A DNA stretch of 64,000 nucleotides, taken from positions 86,156 through 150,155 of the forward strand of contig MU004203.1 in the NCBI GenBank assembly GCA_010093605.1, read 5' to 3'. The stretch comes from Lophium mytilinum. Lineage: Eukaryota. The notes beneath the pieces were generated by a model. That model made no database searches. It was given only the letters and a program-made list of their open reading frames with translations, and had not been told where the DNA came from. This document shows, one piece after another, positions 52,401 through 61,665 of this stretch (the stretch's first letter is position 1; each line of letters starts with the position of its first letter). The translations under genes and the position numbers were made by a program.

Positions 52401-55191
52401 TCCGCCAACCGTGGACGACAGCCGCGTAGAATCTCGCCGGCAGTATGAGACATCCTCAGTCCGCTTCGACATGCCCACATTCGGACCTCCGAGCTTTGAC
52501 GACCCCATTCGTTCCGCTTCCGTTCCTTCTGATAAGGACATCGGCTTGTGGGCTAGAACAGACATGCCGATCACCCAAGAGATGGTAAAAGGCCTCCAAA
52601 AGCGTGCGCAAGCTGCCTCAGATGTCGCTAAGGCGCTGAATGCTCTGGATACTCCTCCTCCCCAGCCCGTGCAGCGAGAGACTAACGCGGAGAGAGTTGC
52701 CCGTCTGAAGCGAGAATATGAGGCGCGCCAGGCGGACATCAAGAAGTTCGAGGCTAATGCTCAGGTTTCCGACCTTCGCGGAACCGAGCCAGAGAGCGAC
52801 GCGCAAACACCAAACATCGACCTCATCAAGACGACGGCCTCTTCATCAAAAGAGACCCCGCAAGAGTTGAAGGCCCGTCTGAAGCGCGAATATGAAGCGC
52901 GCCAGGCTGAGATCAAGAGCTACGAGGCGAATCCTACACAGTCCGACGTCCGTGGTGATGCTTCCACTGCCTCTGGAGCTCCCAACGTGCACATCACTGG
53001 AACCGGAACCTCCAACGCCATTGTCATCAACGAGGATGATACCCTAAACACTCCCACCGTCACCGGCGAAGACCCAAACACCCCCACCATCACGACCTTC
53101 CCCCGTTCGAAACCAGAGTGGCGAGAGGCCAAGACTGGAGCCAAAACTCGCTCCGGCAAGACGTTGGGCAGCCGAGTCCGAGAGAGCATCGAATACCTTC
53201 CAGACATGCTCAAGAGGCACCATGAACGAGATCACAGCCTCGACACCGCGATCGTCGATTCCACAGACGCTTCCACAGATTCCAGAGACGCTTCTACAGA
53301 TGCTAGAGACGCTTCTACAGATTCCCGAATGCCCGATAACTCGGAGAAGACTCGCTTGGTTACTGTGCCTGTACCAGCGATTGATGCTACCCCGCTCGCC
53401 ACGTCTGCTGAGCAAGGAAATGGCGGTGAGACTCCAGAGGATGTTGTTCAGCAGGCCTTCCCCGAATTGGATGTGGCCATGAGCGATACCCCAGAATTCG
53501 CTGCCATCGATGCGCCGACGCCGACTTCATTAGATCTTGTGAAGGCTATGGATACGCAACTCGAGAAGGCTCCAGCAGTTTCGAAGGCTATAGAGACGGC
53601 ACTCAAGAAGCTCCCAGCGGCTGCCATCGAGAAACCAAAGGCCCTTCCAAAGATGAGCAATGGAGGCGCCATGGCAATGCCATCCGGTTTGGTGATGTTC
53701 CGTCGTTCCACTCCTGCTCTACTTAGCGGAGATGGCTCACTCCAGACTGATGAGTCCGAGAATGTCGAGATGGGAGGTACCGAAGATGCCCTGCCCACCA
53801 AAGCGAAAGGAAAAGCGAAGGGAAAGGAGCCAGCACATTTCGCACCCGTCAGCGCCACCGCCTCATCAAGCAAGATCGAGACCGGCGAGTCCAGCAAGGC
53901 CGGTGCAAGCGGCGCATCCCACAAGCCAGTTGAGACCAACCCAGCGAACATGACCGAAGCCGAGAGAGTTCTCCATGCGTTGAATGAGGGCGCGCTGCAG
54001 AAAGCGATCCAGGACAGCATGAAGGCATCCCATCCGGCCGCGACGACGCTCCAGATTGCAGGCTGGACTCCCGTAAATCCCCCAACTCCTGGCGCTGCCG
54101 GAGTGGAGCAGGATGAAATGGAAGACTACCTGTACGGCGCAGAGAACCTGGAAGAGGATGGCGAGATTTATGTGCCGGACTCAGATCCCGAAGACGACGA
54201 CGACGAGATGAAGGACGACGACGACGAACTAGACTCCCACCACTCCGACTCCGATTTCGACAGCGACAACGACTCCGGTCCCCCCAAGGGCGGCGCCGCG
54301 CTGAACAAAGGCAAGGGAAAAGCTCCAGCCCCAGCCCCCGCGAAACCCAAGCCCACCTACACAGGCAAAGGCAAAGGCAAAGCCGAAGACCCCCCGTCCG
54401 ACGACGACGACGACCTGGACGACCCCGCCCCCGGCAAGAAGCCCAAAGGCCCCTACAAGTTCCTCGCCATCGACCCGCACGAGTACGACGAGCAGGGCGT
54501 GCGCCGCACCAACCCCGACGGCAGCGCCATCCCCTACTTCCGCTTCACGCCCAACGTCGACGACACCGCGCGCCTGACGATCCGCAAGAAGCACCGCAAG
54601 ACGCTGCGGGAGGAGCCGCCGTACGTGTACAAGCACCTCGCGACCATGGACTTCGCGAACAACCAGCACGTCGTGGACGCGAACAAATGGCGGCGCCAGA
54701 TAATGCGGCGCTCGTACCCGGAAGATCGCGTATATGAAATACGCGACGGGTACGAGGCCGAAGAGCGGGAGTTCATGCGGCAGTACGTCCGCGCAGACAT
54801 CGCGGCGCGTGGCGCGGAGACGGTGCGGCGGCGGCCGTTGTGGGAGAACTTGTTCCAAGCGTTCTGCCGCCACTACGTCGGTAATACGCGTAGCAAGCCG
54901 GGGTTGACGTCGTGGTGTGGCCGTGACCAGCAGATCGCGGACATGAAGGGCCTGCCGGTCAAGAAGGCCGGTGTTTCGGCCAAGCAGGCTAAGCTGAACC
55001 TGCTTGCGGCGGTTAAGGCGGAGGGGGAGGGACAGGACGCCGAGGCCCCTCCGCCGCCGCCGAAGCAGGGGATGAAGAGGAAGAAGGAGGAGGATGAGGA
55101 GGATAAGGACGACGACGACGACGACTCTTTCCATCCGGGGAAGAAGGGGAAGAAGGCGAGGAAGGGGAAGAAGCGGGCGAAGAAGGAGTAG
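49486..55191 (+). CDS. Family member 3 (about 1862 aa after likely in-frame introns 49609-49665 and 50818-50877)
   Basis: 1901-codon ORF. GDGIVVDKNGMIVGTYK, CDSC..CTYHC, DEERISLQIKEEACRSMIERL..GGQSE..VAVPLVLAKLKE, DFANN..NKWRRQ..YEAEE..W..F..RSKPGL; acidic and basic low-complexity tail. Confidence 0.9.
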   Translation: MAPRKRKQAEVEDEIEKPGETTQTGRRTKKAKTRDERATAEVRKGRHSVNISGQANNSQQADPTKTGPVAAGGVTKSSLIVKLPAKTSSTRPLPPQALPIVISDEEEDVDMLGTQPPPPPPQQRVTRARARAASETPDIMAPEAPTIMASQAPAIVAPPAPPVVEPVTSIRPPPARPIISPMGPPEPAPTRVLRDRKAKQPPKTLPQSATPDVDQHFVAVVATIDAATQSSGDDERAIPPDAALTGKSLGGKAKVASKPSPQSTTHGVEPDWAARLAANRAKLQASGEAGLIIAPGAPAQSSLAAARGAQSTKFPSLAKVAAESALSEASSAPTPTQRAPRITRAANKRAIMDPKVRAAEAEQQKALRQRNTQRLGRVETHLKNLAGSGVMDPAELPEGPRGRARKTKRPPKDLPKETVQALAKTQPAGKAEKVREDAVAAATDVSISVFSPLYHVDHSANKTQMAGVRAVGVTPTARVAFLPIPTADDPVLFGPTKDGPQPLPASKDPLNWTAARRRAEKIGEESLDRKLRLGLRAEIGLASYTTVHSIAHLLDSVIFIKHENLVGIHLGTKATASQRGDDSHIPVGDEGRLDTAALGDGIVVDKNGMIVGTYKDIQLWNEKYKPSCDSCTAKGKEVCTYHCPGFYAEPLLKYPTTPSRLVALHNNLVAYGIDNRIHPYGLEKLGETYDHEETLRIAREPMTEWVENRKKMTAGERKIADENDYSSYGYFGAPNWADEERISLQIKEEACRSMIERLRNMQRQIDLLPPDQRPNFVPPPNFGEDLSGGQSEHTPKLALRNACGRESGNKMYSELLARASVAVPLVLAKLKEYWEFLKEYDLKYVEARLRADRDYRAMQAYWALHETESAYSVRTKARNLRAADLEEARNEAAARTPEEQVEWDEDNRRRELLEARVQAENRGFSVEEMARGSRIDEEAFNKKDVEQWEISAAHCATKLRLEGMENRNGAFAPPTVDDSRVESRRQYETSSVRFDMPTFGPPSFDDPIRSASVPSDKDIGLWARTDMPITQEMVKGLQKRAQAASDVAKALNALDTPPPQPVQRETNAERVARLKREYEARQADIKKFEANAQVSDLRGTEPESDAQTPNIDLIKTTASSSKETPQELKARLKREYEARQAEIKSYEANPTQSDVRGDASTASGAPNVHITGTGTSNAIVINEDDTLNTPTVTGEDPNTPTITTFPRSKPEWREAKTGAKTRSGKTLGSRVRESIEYLPDMLKRHHERDHSLDTAIVDSTDASTDSRDASTDARDASTDSRMPDNSEKTRLVTVPVPAIDATPLATSAEQGNGGETPEDVVQQAFPELDVAMSDTPEFAAIDAPTPTSLDLVKAMDTQLEKAPAVSKAIETALKKLPAAAIEKPKALPKMSNGGAMAMPSGLVMFRRSTPALLSGDGSLQTDESENVEMGGTEDALPTKAKGKAKGKEPAHFAPVSATASSSKIETGESSKAGASGASHKPVETNPANMTEAERVLHALNEGALQKAIQDSMKASHPAATTLQIAGWTPVNPPTPGAAGVEQDEMEDYLYGAENLEEDGEIYVPDSDPEDDDDEMKDDDDELDSHHSDSDFDSDNDSGPPKGGAALNKGKGKAPAPAPAKPKPTYTGKGKGKAEDPPSDDDDDLDDPAPGKKPKGPYKFLAIDPHEYDEQGVRRTNPDGSAIPYFRFTPNVDDTARLTIRKKHRKTLREEPPYVYKHLATMDFANNQHVVDANKWRRQIMRRSYPEDRVYEIRDGYEAEEREFMRQYVRADIAARGAETVRRRPLWENLFQAFCRHYVGNTRSKPGLTSWCGRDQQIADMKGLPVKKAGVSAKQAKLNLLAAVKAEGEGQDAEAPPPPPKQGMKRKKEEDEEDKDDDDDDSFHPGKKGKKARKGKKRAKKE

Positions 55192-55274
55192 GCCCCAGGC
55201 GGGGGGGCGGGTGGTGTAAGGCGAGTTTGAGGTAGTACAGAAATGAAACGTTAATATGATTATCACATACCTCA

Positions 55275-57510
55275 CTATCTGCGCACTGGATGCCGCTGTT
55301 AGGAGTACCCTGTGAAGCTACTAGCTCATCCGTCAAAAGGTAGTCCGGATGACAGCGTATTGACTTTGACATCATTTCTAGGGGTCCAAAACGCAGGAAG
55401 CTGTGTTTCAATCTATCTTAGGCTTCGTTTTGCACACTTGATGCTACCGTACGGAGTATCCTGAAGAGCTAGTAAGTGGTCCGTCAAAAGGTAGTCCGGA
55501 TGACAGTGTATTGACTTTGACATTATATTTAGGAATATGAAAAGCCGGAGGATGTGATTTACTTCTACTTAGGCTTCATTTTGCGCACTTGATGCCACCG
55601 TAAGGAGTATCCTGAAGCGCTAGTAAGTGGTCCGTCAAAAGGTTGTCTAGATTGCAATGTACCGATTCTGACATCGTGTTTAGGGCATGAATGGCCGGAA
55701 GCAGTGATTCACTGTGGCTAAGGGTTCATTTTGCGCATGTGATGCCGCTGTTAGGAGTATCTCGTGGAGCTCGTAGGTGGTCCGTCAAAACGCTGTCCAG
55801 ATTCCGCTGTACTAACTTTAACATCGTATTTAGGATACAGATAGCCGGAAGCTCTGATTTATCCTACGTTAGGCTTCATTCTGCGCACTCGATGCCGCCG
55901 TAAGGAGTTCCCCGTAAGGTTAGTAGGTGATCCGTCAAAAGGCTGTTCAGATTCCAACGTATTGACTTTAACATCCTGTCGGAGGGTCCAAAGGACGGAA
56001 CCTGTAATTAGCCCCGATATAGCCTTTGGTTTGATTATTCAACACCACTGGAAGGAAGACCCTGAGGAGCTAGTAGGTAATCCATCAAAACGCTGTCTAG
56101 ATTGAAACTTACTAACTTTAACATTATATCTTAGGGTCCAAAAGGCTCGCAGCTGCGAATAACCCCGATAAAGGCTTTATTTTGATTGTTCGACGCCACT
56201 AGAAGGAGGACCTTGAATAGCTGGTAAGTGATTCGTCAAAACAATGTTTGGATTGAAGCGTACTAACTTTGACACTGTATCTCGGGGTCTAAATGTCCAC
56301 CAGCTGCGAATAGCCCCGAACAGGCTTCGTTTTGATTGTTCAACACCACTGGAAGGAGGACCCTAAATAGCTCGTAGGCGATTCGTCAAAATGCTATCAA
56401 GATTGCAACGTACTGACCTTGACATCGCGTGTAGGGGTTTATAGGGCTGGAAGCCGCAATTCAACTCGGTTTCGGCTTTGTTTTGATCGCTGAACGCTAC
56501 TGTAGGGGATGGCCGAGCAGATACGCTATGAGTTAGCCAAGAGGGAGTTCAATTTCTATAGCACTAACTTTAACATTCTAACTAGGGGTTTAAAATGCCG
56601 CAAGCCGCATTTTACTCTATCTTATTCGTTGTTTTGATCGCTCGACGTCACTGTATGAGATGGCCTGCCTGCTAAGCTGTAAGTGAGCCAAAAGAAAGTC
56701 TAGTATCGAGGTGCTAACTTTTACGTTATGCCTAGGGGCTTCGAAACGCCGGATGCCGCAATTCACTCCATTTTTAGCGTCGTTTTGGCCGTTCAACGTC
56801 ACTGTATGGGGTGGCCTGCCTGCTAAGCAGTAAATAAGCCAAAATGAAGTCTAGTATTGAGGTATTAACTGTAACGTCCTATCTAGGGGGTTCGAAATGC
56901 TGGAAGCCGCAACTTACCTTGCTTTACGGTTTGTTTTGATCTCTAAACACCACCGTATAGGGTGGCCTGCCGCAATTTACTCTCTATTATAGGCGTCTTT
57001 TTGACCTCTTGACACCACTGTAAGGAGCGGTCTAGCTGCTAAATAGCGAGCGAGGCAAAAGGAAGTCTGATTCCAAGGTATCATCTTTAACATCCTGTCC
57101 GGGAGGTTGGAAACGCCGGATGCCGCAATTCACCACGACTTGGGCATCGTTTTGATCGCTCAACGCCACCGTATAGGGTAGCCTGCCTGCTAAGCTATCC
57201 GTCAGGCAAAGTCATTCCAAATTTCAAGGTGTTGATTTTAACATCCTGTCTGAGGGGCATCAAGACCTTGGAGCAGCGATTCACCCTAAGTTCGGCCTTG
57301 TTTGGACCGCTCAACAACACCGTAGGGGGCAGCCTGTCCGCTAGGCAGTCCATCAGGCAAAGGCACTCCAGATTCCACGGTATTGGTTTTGATATCCTGT
57401 CTGAGGGGTATCAAGAGCCGGGAGCAGCGATTCACCCCAATTTAAGCTTCATTTTGACCGTTCAACACCACTGTAGGGAGTAGCCTGTCTGCTAAGCAGC
57501 AAGTAGGGCT
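55275..57510 (+). repeat. About 150-bp satellite, about 16 progressively diverging units
   Basis: a(t/c)(g/a)cc(a/g)c(t/c)gt..gga..ccgtcaaaa..acttt.acat..aggg..tttga recurs at about 55290, 55441, 55592, 55742, 55892, 56041 ... 57464. Confidence 0.9.
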
Positions 57511-58064
57511 AGACGTAGTCCAATCTGCGCTGCTCGAAACGGAACATCGTCCTTAGATCCTCGGAATTATGTGGGCGGACCCCAAGCAGCGGCGGACTAG
57601 CGTGCCCAAGCGGCAACAGCATCGTACGATCCATCGCTAGAATCCGCGCTATTCGTGAGGTGCTAATCAAAACGCATGAGGAGTGGCTCAAAAAGTTGAG
57701 TAGCTTTGCTAGTCAGATCGAGTCCCGATTGCCCGCCCGAAGCATTCCCAATACGTCGTCCGATACGGATATCACACCTAGGCCCAACGCTACCGCTTTC
57801 AAAGTAAACAGAACCCGAAACCTACCTCCCTCCAATTCTAACGTGGACGATACCGGCAATTCGCTTGTGGACGAGTCGGTCGGCAGTCCGCTTGCAGACC
57901 ATCCGAAGAAGCAGGGGGCCAAAACTGGCAAGCCTCGCAAGAACAAAAACCAGATACCACCTACCACCACGGGGCCGTGGTTACTGCTAACCACTGATAG
58001 ATAAGACTTTAGAGTGTGACATTGACAGCGTTGAAATGCTTCGGGATTGCTTACGCTTTTCCTC

Positions 58065-59625
58065 GCACGATACCACTGTAAGGAAGGCTTTAGTCAGCTC
58101 GCCCTCGACTGGTGAAAAGGTAACCCAATCTCCGTTGCGGCCCTTGTCCCTTTGCTTTTCAAGCTTTTCTCTACTTCACATCACCGTTAGGAAGGCCTCA
58201 GCCAGCAGGTATCCAATCAGCCAAAGGGTAGCCTGATTTCCGCTGCAACTCTTTCCCTTTGCTTCTCACGCTTTTGCTTTCTTCACGCTGCCGTCGAGAA
58301 GGCCGAAGCTAGCACGTATTCGACTACCCAAAAGGTAACTTGATCTTCGCTGCAGCCCCTTCGCTTTGCTTTTCACGCTTTTTCCTGCTTCACACCACCG
58401 TTAGGAAGACCTCAGGTAGCAGGTACCCCAACAGCTAAAAGGAGGTCTAGATTCCGCTACAGCCCCTTTCGCTTTAATTTTTACGCGTTTTCCTGCTTTA
58501 CACTACCTTTTAGAAGAGCCCAGCATGCATGTACTCGGCCGGCTAAAAGGTAGCCTGATTTCCGCTGCAAGGCCTTCAGTTTCACTTCTTATAAGTTTTC
58601 TTCTTTCACACCACCGTTAGGAAGGCCTCAGCTCGCGAGTCCTCGGCCGGCTAAAAGGTGACCCGGTTTCAGCTGCAACTCCTTTAGCTTAGATCCTCAC
58701 GCTCTTACTTCCTTTACACCACCGTCAGGAAGACCTCAGGTAGCATGTTCTCGACTCGCTAAAAGGTAGCTTAGTTTCCGCTGCAACGCCTTTAGCTTTG
58801 CTTTCTGTACAGCATTCTTCGGGGCACGGATATGCCTCCGTAGAGGTGTAGATCTGGTCGCTCGGTACCACCGTTGGGAAGGCCTCAGCGAGCAGATGCT
58901 TGACCAGCTAAAAGAAAGGCTAGTTTCCACTACAGCCCCTTTACTTCACTTTTTACGCTTTTGTTTCTGATATAGCACCGTTAGGAAGGCCTCGGCCAGC
59001 AGGTGCTGACCAGCCAAAAGCTAGCCCGGTTTCCACCGCAACCTCTTTAGCTTTGCCTTCTGTACAGCAATCCTTCGGTACACGGATATATCTCCACAGA
59101 GGGTCTAGTCTTGCGCGCTCCACGCCACCGTGTGGAAGGCCTCAACTAGCACGTCTTCGGCCGGCCAAAAGATATCCAGGTCTCAACTGTAGCCCTTTAG
59201 CTTTGCTGCTCATGAGTTAATCCTCCAAGACGAGGATATAACTCCGCGGCATTTCCAACCTTGCTCGCTTAACGCCGCCGTTAGGAAGACTTCAACCCGC
59301 ACGTGCTCGACCGGCCAAAAGGCACCCCAACTCCAGCGTACCAGCCTTAATGTTGGGTTCCTATGCATAATTTCTTCGGGACACGGATATACCTCCGCAG
59401 AATTTCCTGTCTTGCTCGCTCAACGCCGCCGTTAGGAAGACCTCAACCAGCACGTCCTCGACCGGCCAAACGGCAAGCCAATTCTAGCATACCAGCCTTA
59501 TAGTTGGTTTCCTAAGCAAGAATCCTCCGGGACACGGATATACCACCGTAGAGGTTCTAGCTTTGCTCGCTCAACGCCGCCGTCAGGCAGACCTCAACCA
59601 GATCCCATCGCTACCGGTAAAACAT
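58065..59625 (+). repeat. Related satellite with about 107-bp units switching to about 150-bp units
   Basis: caccgttaggaaggcctca..aaaaggt near 58072, 58182, 58288, 58393, 58501, 58609, 58717, 58867, 58973, 59123, 59273, 59424 and 59575. Confidence 0.9.
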
Positions 59626-59879
59626 CGCTATCATGGCAGCGACATCACCTCAGCAGTCTGTGCTACCAATCACGGATCTTCTCGAACGTCAGCGAGGAAG
59701 ACGCTGTACCCGGCGACGACACTAGCGAGGTCCATACGATGAGAGCTCAGGCCTCTATCGCCATTCCTTTTCGTCTCCGGTCTGCGAAAGTTCGTAGTTC
59801 CCAGTGTGCCATCCTTGCGGTTTGTTTTCTGTGCTTTAAGCTTATAGCACGCATATTTCTCTGTACAGGTTCCACGGCT

Positions 59880-61665
59880 GCTCGTTCAGTAGCACCGTCA
59901 GGCAGGCCTCAACTGGCACCTACCCGACCGGCCAAAAGGAGATCGAATATCAAGAGTGTAGACCCAAGCTTCATCTCCTTATGCCTCAAGTTGACCCCCA
60001 TTGTAGGGCAAAGGTGTTCCTTTCTCTCCGGCTCCCACTATTTCTCGCGCAACACCACCGTTAGACACGCCTCGACTAGCGTGTCCTCAACCGGCCAAAT
60101 GGTATCCTGATATCGAGGGTATAGAGCTAAGCTTCATTCCCTTCTACTTCAGGTCTTAAGACATAGGTATCTCTCCACCTGGCTCTTTCTCTTGCTGCCG
60201 CGCCACCACTACGCGGAGGGCTCTGGCCAACAGGTAGTCTAGCGGCCAAGAGGTATCTTGATATCAAGGGTGTAAACCCAACCTTCATCCCCTTATACCC
60301 CAAGTTGACGTCAAGTTGCAGGGCATAGATAATTCTCTCTCCCAAGCTCCCACAACAAGGCTGAGCGGGAACCCCCTCATCACTCGCGTCCATTCAAAGA
60401 CATCTGCCAGAAACTTCGGAAGCCGGTCATGGAGGATGCTGTAATAGTGAGCGCCACGGCGATCATGTCGGCCAAAGTTCGACGATTCGGGTTCGACGCG
60501 AGCTTGATCGTGTTGGATGAAGCCTCGCAAATTTCGAATGCGGATACGGCTCTCAATATGACCTCTCGAGATGCGGAACGCTTGGTAGTGGCGGGCGATC
60601 CGAACCAACTCTCCCCGACCGTCACCAACATGCATGGCAGCCCTTTGACGTCTTTATTGACGGGGTCCACTCTCGAGCATCTCATCTCCACCTGGCTCTT
60701 ACTCTTGTGCCGCGCCGCCACTGTACGGAGGACCCCAGCTATCAGGCAGCCTATCGGTCAAGAGGTATCCTTATCCGTAATGCGTCAAGCCTAACGTTGG
60801 TTTCCTATGCTTCGGGTTCCAGGGCATGTGTATTACTCTATACTGGCTCCCACTCCAGAGATCTATTTGGACTGGGGTCCTTTAGAGATGGACTAGACGG
60901 AAGCACTCGAAAAAGTTCTGGAGCTCCACATCTTTCCCAGAAAATCCAGTTGGATTCGGAAGACGTGACCAGATCTCGTGGTAAAATGTGCTTATTAAGC
61001 GGCGCTAGCCCGTAGTAGACGTCACGTTATGTCTGGAGCTCCACAGCGTCTTCGGTAGACTGGAGTGGATTTGAGGCAAAATCCACTCCAAATAGATCAC
61101 TGCTTACTCTTGCTGGCACAACATCACCAGAGGGAGGATGCTAGCCAGTAAGTACCCAACCAGGGAAAAGGTAACCCGGTTGCCAGTGTATAGACCTGAG
61201 GCTCATTCCTTACGCGTCGAGGTTGATTGCTCGAGTTCAAGGCATGGATGTTGCTCAACCTCGCTCTTACTCTTGTTGGAGCGACACCACTACACGGACG
61301 ACCCCAGCCAGCAGGTACTCAACCAGACAAAAGGTAACCCAGTTGCCAGTGTATAGACTGGAGGTTCATCTCTTACGCGTCGAGCTTAAAGGCTCGAGTT
61401 TCAAGGCATGGGTATCTCTTTACCTAACTCACACTCTTGCTAACGCAGTGTCACCGTGAAGAGGACTCCAACCAGCAGGTACTCGACCAGCCAAAAGGTA
61501 ACCCAGATGCCAACGTAAAAAACCTGGGGATCCTTACTTACGCGTCGAGTTTGAAAGCTCGAGGTTCAAAGCTGTGTATTACCCTACCCGGCTCCTACTA
61601 TTGCGAGCGCGACACCACTGTACGGAGGACTACAGCCAGCAGTACTCGAGCAGCCGAAAGGTTGA
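59880..61665 (+). repeat. Degenerate about 160-165-bp units of the same satellite, interrupted by foreign inserts
   Basis: caccactgta.ggaggac.ccagc.agcaggtactc...aaaggtaaccc near 59890, 60052, 60200, 60715, 61120, 61283, 61450 and 61612. Confidence 0.75.
60355..60680 (+). pseudogene. UPF1/DNA2/NAM7-like SF1 helicase fragment (motifs Ib-III)
   Basis: DAVIVSATA..LIVLDEASQI..LVVAGDPNQLSPTV....STLEHL; no Walker A motif; bounded by satellite sequence. Confidence 0.82.

Noticed and set aside
49848..55275. Long antisense ORFs (e.g. 54229..55275, 49848..50732)
   Set aside because: Shadow ORFs of the GC-rich coding strand.
55275..61665. CRISPR array
   Set aside because: Eukaryotic context, degenerate long units, related inter-core sequence, and no cas genes.
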